Shown piece by piece: positions 45,315 to 56,100 of a stretch of 64,000 nt of DNA. The notes under the pieces were generated by a model, which did not search any database, had not been told where the DNA came from, and saw only the letters and a program-made list of their open reading frames with translations. The position numbers were made by a program, and so were the translations under genes. The DNA comes from Penicillus capitatus (Eukaryota > Plantae > Chlorophyta): NCBI GenBank assembly GCA_965649825.1, contig OZ287694.1, positions 2,073,292-2,137,291 of the forward strand, given 5' to 3'. Positions within the stretch are counted from its first letter, which is position 1, and the number at the start of each line of letters is the position of its first letter.

Positions 45315-47749
45315 TTAACGTGTTTTGTTTGTGGCGGGCTGTTCGAGCACCTCCCGAATCTGAGTGCCCGTCAGCGTCTCCCTGTCGAGCAGCGCCTTGG
45401 CCAGGACGTGCAGTTCGTCCTTCTTGGACTCGAGAAGGGTCTTGACCCGCTGGTAGGCGTGCGTCATCAGCTTCTTCACCTCCTCTTCGATCGCGGCACG
45501 CGTCTCGGTGCTGATGCTGTTGCCCTGGTCGTCGTAGTTCACGGAAACGGGCCCGATCTTGTCGCTGAAGCCGTAGCGAGTGACCATGGCTCGGGCCAAG
45601 CGGGTGGCCTGTTCCAGGTCGTTCGAGGCGCCCGTGGTGACGTCGTCCGTTCCGAAGATGAGCTCCTCCGCCACGCGGCCTCCCATGCACACGTCCAGCC
45701 GGGCCAGAAGCTCGCGACGGGTGACGCTGAGCTGATCGTCCTCCGGCAGCTGCGAGACCAAACCCAACGCCGACCCTGGAGACACACTCCGCCTCGCCCG
45801 GGATCCCACTCATCCGCGACGCGCACCTCGCGGGACGATCGTCGCCTTGTGCACCGGCATGGCGCCTCGCGTGTGGATGGCCACCAGGGCGTGGCCGCCC
45901 TCGTGGTAGGCCGTCAGTCGTCGGTTCTTCTCCGTGATGACGGCGCTCTTGCGCTCGGCGCCCATCATGATCCGGTCCTTGGCGTACTCCAGCGCCGCCA
46001 TGTCGACGGCCTTGCGATCGTCGGTCGCCGCCTTTAGCGCCGCCACGTTGACGAGGTTCGCCAGGTCGGCTCCGGAGAACCCAGGCGTCCCTCGTGCGAT
46101 CACCTACATCCATCCCGTCATCCCGACGCGATGTGGCGGAACGGCGAGCGGAGGGATGGATGCCTTGAGGTCGACGTCCTTGTGCTGAGGGACCTTGCGG
46201 AAGTGCGCCTCCAGAATCTGCCGGCGACCCTCGACGTCCGGATTGGGCACGTTGACGTGCCGATCGAAGCGTCCCGGTCGGACCAGCGCCCTGTCCAACG
46301 ACTCCGGAAAGTTCGTCGCCGCCAGAACGATGACCCCTTCGTTCGCCTCGCATCCACACGGCCCTCGGCCACTCACTCCCATCGGCAGCGTCGCTCACTT
46401 TGAAGCCGTCGAGCTCGACCAGCAGCTGATTGAGCGTCATCTTCATGTACATCTGGTCCTTGGGATTCCGGCTGCCGCCGATGGCGTCGATCTCGTCGAG
46501 GAAGACGATGCAGGGCGAGTGCTTCTTGGCGGCCGAGAAGAGGTCCCGAACACGCCGTGCGCCCACGCCGACGAACATCTCTTCGAATTCCGACCCGGAG
46601 CAGTAGAAGAACGGCACGTCTGCCTCTCCGGCGATCGCTCTGGCCAGCATCGTCTTGCCCGTCCCCGGAGGACCCACCAACAACACCCCCTACTCCACTC
46701 CCCCCGTCACCGGACATCCGATCTCCGGTCCTCACCTTGGGCAGCTTGCCTCCCAGGGCCGTGAACTTGTCTGGGTCTCTCAGGTAGTGCACGATCTCCT
46801 CCAGCTCCGCCTGCGCCGTCGAAAGAGCGAGTGAATGCCGACGGCTGCACGAGTGCGAGAGTCCCGACCTTCGCCTCGTCGACGCCTTTGACGTCTTCAA
46901 ACCGCGTGGAGGAGTGCACGAGGGGTTTCACGTCTGGATTGTTCAGCACGCCTCGTGGCATCGCCTTGTCCTCCAGCAGCGCGCCCAGTCCAGAGAGCAC
47001 CACGAACGTCAGCAGCAACGTCCGGATGGTCCTCCACAGCTGCGTCTTGAACGTTGGCTCCGCCTAGAAGCGCGCACGCATTCGGACGCCACGCGTCTGC
47101 CTCCCGCCCCTCCGCACTTGCAGAATGTGGATCGGGTTCTTCGAGGAGCCCAGTGTCGATCCCACCGCCCGGGTCATGACCTCCGCTCCCGACGGCGGCG
47201 GAATCTGTCCGATGCGACTGGCCCTCGACACGCCGTCCCGAATCGACCGATACCCTTCCGATCCGCCCCTGTCCGCACCTCGCTGACATCTCAGCGATCA
47301 AACAGCGCCCTCAACTCCCAGAGCTGCTCACTCTCAGCGTCGTCATCAGCGACGAACCGTCCAGCCGGTCGAGCTTCACCAGCGCCTTGACGTACTCCCC
47401 CAGCGTCGCCTCGGTCGTCGCCATGCTCCCGCTCTCGAAGTGGCTGACGACGTCCTCGTAGCGTCCCCGGGCGTTGAGGTCTCTCAAGTGCTCTGCCTAG
47501 GGTCACGCCCTTCCGAATACCCCCGACCCGTTCGTCGCGATGCCTGTTGCTGCGGATGCTGTCTCGTGTAGGCGCTGAATCCTCGACGCGTGGCGCCACG
47601 TGCCCATCCGACGCCCTTTCCGGCCACGGAGTAGAGATACTCCCGCGTCACGTACGCCGTAACCTGTCGTCCCGTCCGACCTCGAATGAGTGCGATCGTG
47701 GGCGGCGCACCTGTCGCAGCAGGGCGTTCTGCTTTCGCAGGTGGTTCAT
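45315..47749 (-). CDS. FTSH4: Mitochondrial i-AAA FtsH protease (FtsH4/YME1-like), 9 introns, 2 of them GC-AG
   Basis: [26 protein letters not shown] motif LVRPGRFD and zinc motif HEGGH. The N-terminal [14 protein letters not shown] and LWRTIRT segments are typical of FtsH4. Confidence 0.95.
46104..46163 (-). other. GC-AG intron (60 nt) in FTSH4
   Basis: AAG|GCATCC...TGTAG|GTG contains an in-frame stop. Splicing restores [19 protein letters not shown]. Confidence 0.9.
47497..47543 (-). other. GC-AG intron (47 nt) in FTSH4
   Basis: CAG|GCATCG...CCTAG|GCA joins HPQQQ to AEHLRDL in frame. Confidence 0.75.
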
Positions 47750-47881
47750 CTTTGCCTATCGCGGACCGTGTGATGTACCTATCTATTTCATCATCTCCTG
47801 CCCGGCCCGACTCTCTCCTGCTTTGCCGCGTTTATCGCCACCGCTGCGGTGCGCCTGAATTCCGAAGCGTGAACGTTCGCT
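47750..47881. promoter_or_regulatory. Probable bidirectional promoter between FTSH4 and the MFS transporter
   Basis: Only 132 bp separate the divergent start codons. Confidence 0.5.
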
Positions 47882-49907
47882 ATGGTACGTCCGAGCGAAG
47901 GCATCAGCGTTGACGATGCCTTCCAGCAATACATCGGCGAGTTCGGACGCGAACAGAAACGACTCTATTTCATTGTGAGCCAAAGGGCCCCAGTGCAGAG
48001 GACTCCGTGACTGTGTGTGCCTGTCTGTTCTCAGTTCAACCAAGTTATGGTTTTGACGATGATGCAAATATATGCCATGACGTTTGCCGAGTTAAACCCC
48101 CTGGACCACGACAGCTGGACATGTGTCGACCCCGTCAGGGACCGGAACTGCATGAAGCTCATGAGATCGAAGGACCAGATGAAGCTCGAAGAATTCACGC
48201 ACGAGTTCTGTCAGCTGAAACGGGATGCCTGGAACTGGACACGGCCGTGAGAAATCTTTAAAGCGTGAGACGGACGGCGGCTGAAAGAGTGACATGTGTG
48301 CCTAGAGAGATGAGCATCGTATCGGAGTTCGATCTGCAGTGCAGCAAGTGGAAGGTGAGCATCGTCGACGGGATGTTCTTCGCGGGGATCCTCGTCGGCG
48401 CCTCGCTCTTCGGATACCTGTCGGACAGAATGGGTCGGTCCCCAGTCGCCGTCTCGCGCACGCTCTCACTCTTCCCCTCAGGTCGGCGAACGATCATGTA
48501 CACGACGGTGGCGCTCAGCGGCTTTGCCTGTATTTCCACCTCCGTCGCCACGTCCTACTGGTGGTATTTGATTTTCAGAACAGTCATCGGTCACCCTCCC
48601 GTCGCATCTCTGTCTGCGGTCGCGCACTCGAGCGTTCAGGTGTCGGGTCCGGCGGCGCGGCGTTGACGTCCTTCGTCATCGCCTCTGAGTTTTTGGGACC
48701 GTCGAAGCGCGGCCGGCTGCTCATCGCTCTGCAGATCTTCGCATCACGTTCGTCCTTCCGCGTCGGCGCGGTCTCCCGAGGCGCTCTGCTGTGCAGTGGG
48801 TTCGTGTCTGCTGGCCGCCCTGGGGTATCTGCTGCCGTACTGGCGAATGATTTTCCTCGTGATCGGGACGCTGACGCTGGTGTACATCGTCACCTGGGAC
48901 CTCACGATGGAATCGCCCCGATGGCTGCTCATCAAGGGACGCAAAGGTGCGCTCCGGCGTCCGATGGCGTGATCGGCTGTCATTCGACCTGCCGCAGGGG
49001 AGGCGACGGCCGTCCTGGCCGCACTTGCATCCGGGAACAACACGAAGCTCCCAGAGAAACCGCTGCACGACATGATCACCATTCCGTCCGTCGGCAACAC
49101 GTTCGCGCAGATTCTGAGGCATCCCGTCCTGAGAGGCTGGCTCCTCATCACCCTGCTGTCCTGGTTGGCGCCCCTCCGCGTCTGTTTATCTCTCGACGCG
49201 ACGGATGCAGGTCTGCGGTGTCGCTGGTCTACTACGGCCTGTCGATGGCGATTCAATTCATTCCCGGATCTCTCTACACGAAATTCCTGTACACGATTGC
49301 GATCGAGTTTCCGGCCATCATCTTCTACATGCTCATGGTGGACCGAGTCGGAAGGAAGCCGCTCTTCGCCTGGGGCTTCGTTCTGGGTGGGTTTCTGGAC
49401 GATCCGGAGAACGCGAGACCTGACGGCGGCTGTGGATGTGCAGGTGGTTTCGCCTGTTCGCTGATCGCCGTCGCACCCGACTGGCTGAGTCTCGTCCTGG
49501 TCGTCGTCTGCCGATTCGCCATCTCGGGCGTCTACGCTGTCGCCTTTCTCTACTCTTCCGAGATCTTCCCGACGGTACTCCGGAGAGGACTGCCCTGCGA
49601 TCCTCCCCTGTTCTGCGTGCAGGTGGTGCGGAACGTCACGATCGGTTACGCGAGCAGCGCGGCCCGCGTGGGCGGCATACTGTCGTCGTTCGTCCCCGTC
49701 ATGGCCCGCTCCTTCGGGTCCTACTTCTCGTTCCTGGTGCTGGGAGGCGTCTGCATCTGCACGGGAGCGGCCTGCGCCTTCCTGCCGGAGACCCTGGGGA
49801 TGGCCACGCCGGAGACGGTCGAGGACATGGACCAGATGGTGACGCGACAGGCACGCGCTCTCAACAGCCGCTACGAGCAGGTGGCCGCGGACGAGTCCAG
49901 AGTGTGA
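47882..49907 (+). CDS. MFS organic cation/carnitine transporter-like protein (SLC22/OCT family), ~9 introns
   Basis: DDAFQQYIGEFG, SIVSEFDLQC, FGYLSDRMGRR, MESPRWLL, VDRVGRK, YSSEIFPTVVRN and FLPETLG. Confidence 0.9.
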
Positions 49908-49995
49908 CCGATGGCGATCTTAACCGTTACAGCAGTTGGCAAACAGACAGCGTGATACGTGTACTTTAATAATCCACACAGAGCTGATCGTACAC

Positions 49996-51230
49996 TCAAG
50001 ATGGAGCGGTGGGCGGCGGACCGGGAGGCGGCCTGGGCACCGGCATCGCCGCTGCCCTCGCCCTCGCTCCGCCCCCCGATGCCGTCTTGCGCTTTTTGCT
50101 CTCGGACGTGACAGCGACCTCCGATCCGCGTTTCAGGGGCAGGCAGCTTCCCATGGCAGAGGGATCCATGGAGGGATACGGCGTCTCGGACGTCGCCTCC
50201 GGAGCGGAAGCGGCGTCGACGACGGAACGCTGCGGGGCATTGGGCCTGCTCCACATCAGCTTGCAGGGGACGCCCTTGACGGAGAGCTTCATCGACAGGG
50301 CCTCGGCCGCCCGTTCGGCGTCCGATCTGGCGACGTACTTGACGAATCCGCACCTCTTGTCCCCGATAACCCTGATGGACTCGATCTCGCCGTAGGCGTA
50401 GAAGCGGTCCCTCAGGTCCTCCTCTCCGGCGTCGTCCGGCAGTCCGCCCACGTAGAGCGTCGTGACGGAGGGATCCTCCGGAGGCGTCAGCTTCGGCAGC
50501 TGCTCCATCTTCTCCAGCAGCTTCGCCGCGACGGGATCGTTCACGCCGTAGTACCGATCCTTGATGTTCTGCTCCGTCAGCTCCGCGTCGGTCGGAAGCT
50601 CGTGGCGGTAAGGGCACTCCGTCCCCCGGTTGCACTCGCCCCGGATGAAGAACGTGCACACCGGTGCCAGGTTGCGCCGGTAGAACGGCGCCATGCGCTG
50701 CATCTTGGTCAGCGTCTCGTTCCTGGGCATCTGCTTGTACTGCTGGCCCAGCTCTCCGGTCTGCTTGTGCATTTCCAGCATGTACTCCTTGTTGACGTCG
50801 CTGTTGGGAACGTCCTCGACCTCCAGCCCCGATGCCTTGTCGCGCACTTGGACCGGCAGACCGTAGTCCAGATCCAACAGACACACCTGACAGACGTTCT
50901 TCGCCTTGGCCACCTCCTGACAGACGATCGTCTTCTTGTAGCTGAAAGACACAGGTGTGGGTGGTGGTGTGCCTCGGACGGCCGTGCATTACCGGGCGTC
51001 GCTGCCGGGGCGCCAGCGGAAGACGGTGTAGGGTCGGCCCGAGATGTGGCACGTCCCGCCGTACTCTATCTACACAGCGTCCGTCGGTCGGTCCGGAGAG
51101 GGAGAGACGGTGGACGGGCCCGTTGCATTCGGACGTATGGATTGGGACCGAGACATGTTTCGCAGACGATGGGGAAGTCGGAACGCTCCCAGCCGTCCTC
51201 GTCCGGGTCGTAGAGGAGACGATGCGCCAT
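49996..51230 (-). CDS. RBM22: Pre-mRNA splicing factor RBM22/Slt11 (zinc fingers and RRM), 2 introns (the first is GC-AG)
   Basis: [57 protein letters not shown], a CCCH finger and [11 protein letters not shown]. Confidence 0.96.
51070..51119 (-). other. GC-AG intron (50 nt) in RBM22
   Basis: CGG|GCCCGT...TGTAG|ATA restores [18 protein letters not shown]. The nearby GT is out of phase. Confidence 0.88.
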
Positions 51231-51299
51231 GACGACAACGCCTTCGCAGCAAGAGCACGTAATGAATGGAATTGATGATGACGCACGCGGTCTTCGTTC
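51231..51299. promoter_or_regulatory. Very short divergent intergenic region between RBM22 and LTO1
   Basis: 69 bp separate the divergent ATGs. Confidence 0.4.
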
Positions 51300-52543
51300 A
51301 TGAGGTGCACGATGTCGTCGGCGTCTGCTCGGACGCGAGGGATGTCTCCCGGCGCCGTCTCCCGGCGCCGAACGCCGACGCCCGTCTCGAGGCGTCTCCG
51401 GCGCCACTGCGCGACGACGGATGACGTGGCCTCGTCGCACCCCTTCCTCTTCGAAGCGCTCTGTGTCGAAGGCGGTGCTGCAGAAGACGTGCAAGGCGCT
51501 GATGGGACTGGCGGCTGCGGGCGCAGCGGAGACGCTCTACCTCACTGCGGTCGTCTTCGCGACATCTGCGTGCTCTCTCTGACGGGTTCCCGTTCCGCAG
51601 TCGAGGTTTCTCCACGTGCCGCTGGCGTGTCTCGACGCCGGATGCGATCTCGTGGCGAACAGCGCCTACTCCGAGGTCTACGGCGTCCCCCTTTCGCTTC
51701 TGGGTGCGAAGCCCCGGCTCGTCACGGCGACGTCGACGGTGTCGTGCGGATTAGGGTTCTTCGGATACGGCGCGGTGGGTCTCTGCGCGTGGGACTGTCT
51801 CGGCCAGGATGCGACGGCCGCCTCCAAGGCAATGCTGCTGAGCGGCGCGGCCGTCATGGCATCGTCTTCCGCGGTGCTGGTGTACACGCTGCTGACGAAG
51901 CTGGACGGCGCTGTCTGTTCGTGGTGCTATCTCTCGGCCGCGCTCTCCTTCGCGATGTTCGGACTGGCGTCGACGATTCCGCGGCGAGAGGAGCTTACGA
52001 CGGCCTGGGTGCCGAGCTCGGCTCTGGCCGGCGTCGTTGCCGTGTCTCTGCTGACGGTTTTCAACACAGTCGACGACGCAGCCGTCGCCAGAGACATCGT
52101 CATTGACTACAGCGTATGGTCCACGGGCGGCGTCGACGCGATGGGGCGTGTGTTTGTGCAGGACCCGGTGGTGACAGCCGAGGCCAGTGGCGAGACGATC
52201 GCCCTGGCCAAGAGACTGAGAGAGGCGGGCGTGCGGATGTTTGGCGCGTTTTGGTGCGATCACTGCTACGACCAGAAGCAGAGCTTCGGCAAAGGGGCGA
52301 TGGAGTTCTTTCCCTACGTCGAATGCTATCCAGACGGCTACCGAAAGGTGAGAAGCTTTGTTGGCGGGCTGGAGAGGGGTCGACTTGTGCGTGGTCCAGG
52401 GCGTGAAACGCGCATCGGCGTGCGAAGACGCCGACGTCAAGGGATATCCGACGTGGATGTTCGGTCGGAAACAGATCGCGGGAGAACAGTCTATCGAGTT
52501 CCTGGAACAAGAATTGAATGACCTGCAGAATCAAAAAGAATGA
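51300..52543 (+). CDS. LTO1: Thylakoid thiol-disulfide oxidoreductase LTO1 (VKOR plus thioredoxin-like domain), multi-exon
   Basis: ETLYLT...C...[29 protein letters not shown], Trx [18 protein letters not shown]...YVEC and GYPTW. Confidence 0.92.
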
Positions 52544-52680
52544 TGTGTGTAATCGCCGAGACGGGAAGGCACGATCCGTCAGAAAGTTGCTTGAACGACT
52601 GGAAGGTTTCCTTCAACGAGACTGACGCGACGTTTGTCCAGACCGACAACAATGTATCGCGACGATGCGACGCAGACGCA

Positions 52681-53169
52681 GAAGGGTACGCTGTGTCTAC
52701 GTGCAATTTTGGCGCGTCAAGGAGCACAAGGCACTTTCTTCGTACAAGCCAATCCTCTCCTTCTGTGTATGTAACGTCGAGGACGCCGAGCAGGTGGTGT
52801 CGGTCGAAGCACGAGCCACAACGGCAGAGATGCTGGGTCTCTGTCTGCCGCACATCTGTCCGACAATCCTAGTCATGCGACTGGGTTCAGTGACGATTTC
52901 CTTCTGACGACTCTGCTCCCTTGGCCGGCAGCAATGCTACTGCCGTCGTCCTGCTGAAACGGAAGACGAGCGTTGTTCCTCAGACCAAGGCGCGGAAAAC
53001 CTAGGTGGCGGCGCTCTGTCTTACAGACACCCCTTCTCGAGGGACACGCAAAGAGGCGGTGGTGTATGTGAGTATCGACGATGAGAAGACTCTGAAGATC
53101 TCTGGCAGTGTTTTGGAGAATCGTGCTCGACCGAATACACGTCACAATGGACTACAGTGATGTCGGGAG
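52681..53169 (+). pseudogene. EIF2B3: eIF2B gamma fragment (copy 3), truncated at the LINE junction
   Basis: Aligns to exons 2-4 of 25781-27494 (gtcaaggagcacaa, gccacaacggcagag, gactacagtgatgtcggga) with indels and stops. Confidence 0.85.
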
Positions 53170-56100
53170 AGAGAAGTTTGTGGGGTTTACACGGGCTTTT
53201 GAATAACAAATCAGCCCGGAGCGATACAGTATTCGGTTTCCATGCAGACTTTGTTTAATCTCAGGGTGCACGAACCCAACCCACACAGATAGATTCAAGA
53301 AATTTGACAAATGAGAGCCAGTTGTGTTCAAAGATCTCTTTCCAATTCAATTTCTGAACTTCAAGGTCCAGATCATCGCAAAGCTGTTTTCTTTCTTTTC
53401 TGTATCTAGGGCATTTCAATACAAGATGATCCCGGTCGTCTGGTTCGTGATCACAGACACAGATCTTGCCTTTGTGGGGAATTTGAAATCCGTTCGAATA
53501 ACAACGAGATGGAAAATGATTTGAGAGAACCTGAGAAACTAAACTTCCTTCCCACTTCAGCAAATTCTTGACCAGAAAAGCACCATCGACAATTGGAGCT
53601 GAATGTCTGTAAGCGGTCTGCCGGTTGTGAATTCCTCAAGATAGGAGGCAACACGTTTGTCTAAGTGGGTTTTCACTTTCTTCTTCGCCCAAATCTCATC
53701 TGTGCCGATCTCTTCGCAAACCGACTATCCATCGTACTGTTTGGCAGAGAGCTTCAGGCTCATTACAGGGACAAAGTCTCCTGTGGCTGTTAACTGGATC
53801 CAGCAAGCATTCATGGACGAAAGCAGAGCCTGGCACTTTGCAGTCTCGTCAGAGATGTACGTCCACCTTTTCAATTGCTTTCGCATTCTCGTGTGAGTGG
53901 AGATGGTGGCAAGATTATCTCCAGACTTGCAGAAGTCTTGGGCTCTTTCGAGGGCTACTCTGAGTGCTCTCATTTCAATCTCTGATTTGTCTCTTTCTGA
54001 GCCAAGCCTGAGATGAAACTTACACAGCTCGTCTCCTGATGGGAATCTTATGGTTGATACTACACTAATCGTCCCTTGTGACCTAATCGACACCACATAA
54101 ACTTTGTATGCGAGTTGAACCTCCAGGGACTCACATCCTCTTAATGGGATAAGATCAGATCGCTCCATTGGCGCCAGAAGGTGGCAAATTCTTTTAGTAC
54201 CCTCAAGGAAATTCATTCTAGTCTCTCTACTCACTCGTCTGGACTCTACTAGCAAAGACTGATAAAAAGAAGAACCTCGTTTATTCCAATCATTCTCTCC
54301 AGCCGTAATGTGTGATTTCTGCAAGCCATCCTGCGTCCGCATCTCAGTATTCGCGAGGATATCTCCACATGAGCTGGCGAAATGCCTGAGGGTCGATAAA
54401 TAGATGGGTAGGGAATGGTCTTAAGACAGCCGGATGTCAGAAGGCCGCACCTGCGGAACACTTGGTCGTACAACTCTAGATCTTTTAGGACACATGTAAA
54501 GCCTTCATATGCGTCTACCCCGTAAAATAGGACTGGCCAATTAGCTCCTTTGACAATCTCATCCACGATTCCTGGAGGGAGTCCCCCACGGTTTGCCGCA
54601 CATTCTTTGAAGCGTCTGAGTTGTGAGAAGTGCCTTTCTGAAGGTTCCTTGAATGTTCTTTCCATTCAAGCTTTCAGTCCGGCTGTAAACCAAGGTACTT
54701 TACGACATCTGTTTTCTCCAATGTACACGAATCCAGACTGATCCCTATAGGGTCTTGGTGGCTTTGTTTCTTCTTCACAAATGTCATAGTTTTGCATTTT
54801 TTGGGGCTGAGAAGTAGGCCCATCTGAGAAAGATCATGGTTGACGCGTTCCACTCCCTTCTGTAGCTTCTCTGTGACCGAAATCATGTTGTACCTGGTTG
54901 CTGGAATTACCATGTCGTCAGCATAAGCCTGCGCCTTAACCTCGCCCCCTTTGACAACCGATTGAATGACTGGGTCAAGGTATAATATGAAGAGCAGCGG
55001 ACTGAGGGGGAGCCTTGTGGGGTTCCACCCATTGGTTCAAAAGTCTTTTTTTCGCCGACCTGTAGGACGGCTTCCCTTCCTTTGGTGAATGAGGTTACGA
55101 ATCGCCTGATGTATGTTGGCACTCCGATCCCTTCTAGCCTCTCCGCGAGTAAACACGCCGGAACCGAATCAAATGCCGCTTTTATGTCGATAAAACAGCA
55201 TCTCGATATCTTCCTTTCTCTTCTGGGCATCTCGATGTCCCCAACTACCTTAAGGAGCGCACCCGAAGTGGATCTTCCGCTTCTGAATCCAAACTGGAAG
55301 TAACTGAGCTTTTGCTCAGTCTCCGCCCAAAAAGATAATCTCCTTGTCACTAGTTTAACTTCTGAGTTTGGGTTAGGCCTTTTGGAACTGGGATGATACA
55401 TGTCTTCTTCCAGGTCTTTGCCAACCACCCTTCTTCGTCTAGTTTTCGTGGGAGGACTTCTTCCAGAGCTTCCCAATCACAACGCCTCCAATTGATTGTT
55501 GGCTCCTCAAATGCAGTTGGGAATGCGATCCCATCGTAAATTCAATCATGCGATGATCCGAGAACTCCGCAGGTTTCTCCTCCACTGACCAGTCATGAAT
55601 CCACTTCAGCATTGCATCTCTGGAAAGCGTCAGATCGATCCAGCTTCGAGAGTTTCTGAAGCCAGTGTGAGTCGGAGAGGATGGGAATTCGTTTATTATT
55701 TGTATGTTGTCTTCTGTCATCCAATTCATCACAGAGTGGCCTGTCTTGTCAGGTTGAATGGTATCCGGTCCCCACAGGTAGGATTTTGCGTTAAATTCTC
55801 CCCCAATCACTATACGTTTCGTCCCTTGCGGCTTGATTCTTCTGTAAAGACTGATGGTTTCTCCCAAACCTCCTCCATTCCAGGACGGCAGTATGTCGCG
55901 ATAATGGTGATTTGATCCTTCTCTAGGGGTATCTTCACCGAACAAACCCGAGGACTGCTAGAAGGGACTAGAGAGTGAGGAATGTCAGAACGTAGGATAA
56001 TAGCAACAAGACGGTCATCTTTATTAGAGTCCGAAAGATTCGGCATAACTACACTGAATCCCGGCACAGAAACTCCTCTTCTTATGGCGAAAGGAGGGTC

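Noticed and set aside
33643-51310. Long ORFs such as 33643-34464, 37495-38679, 45022-46686, 49871-51310 and 49936-51213 as separate genes
   Set aside because: They are antisense or off-frame shadows, or partly in-frame read-throughs of introns, of GC-rich spliced genes. Their composition is Arg/Gly/Ala-rich and lacks motifs outside the real exons.
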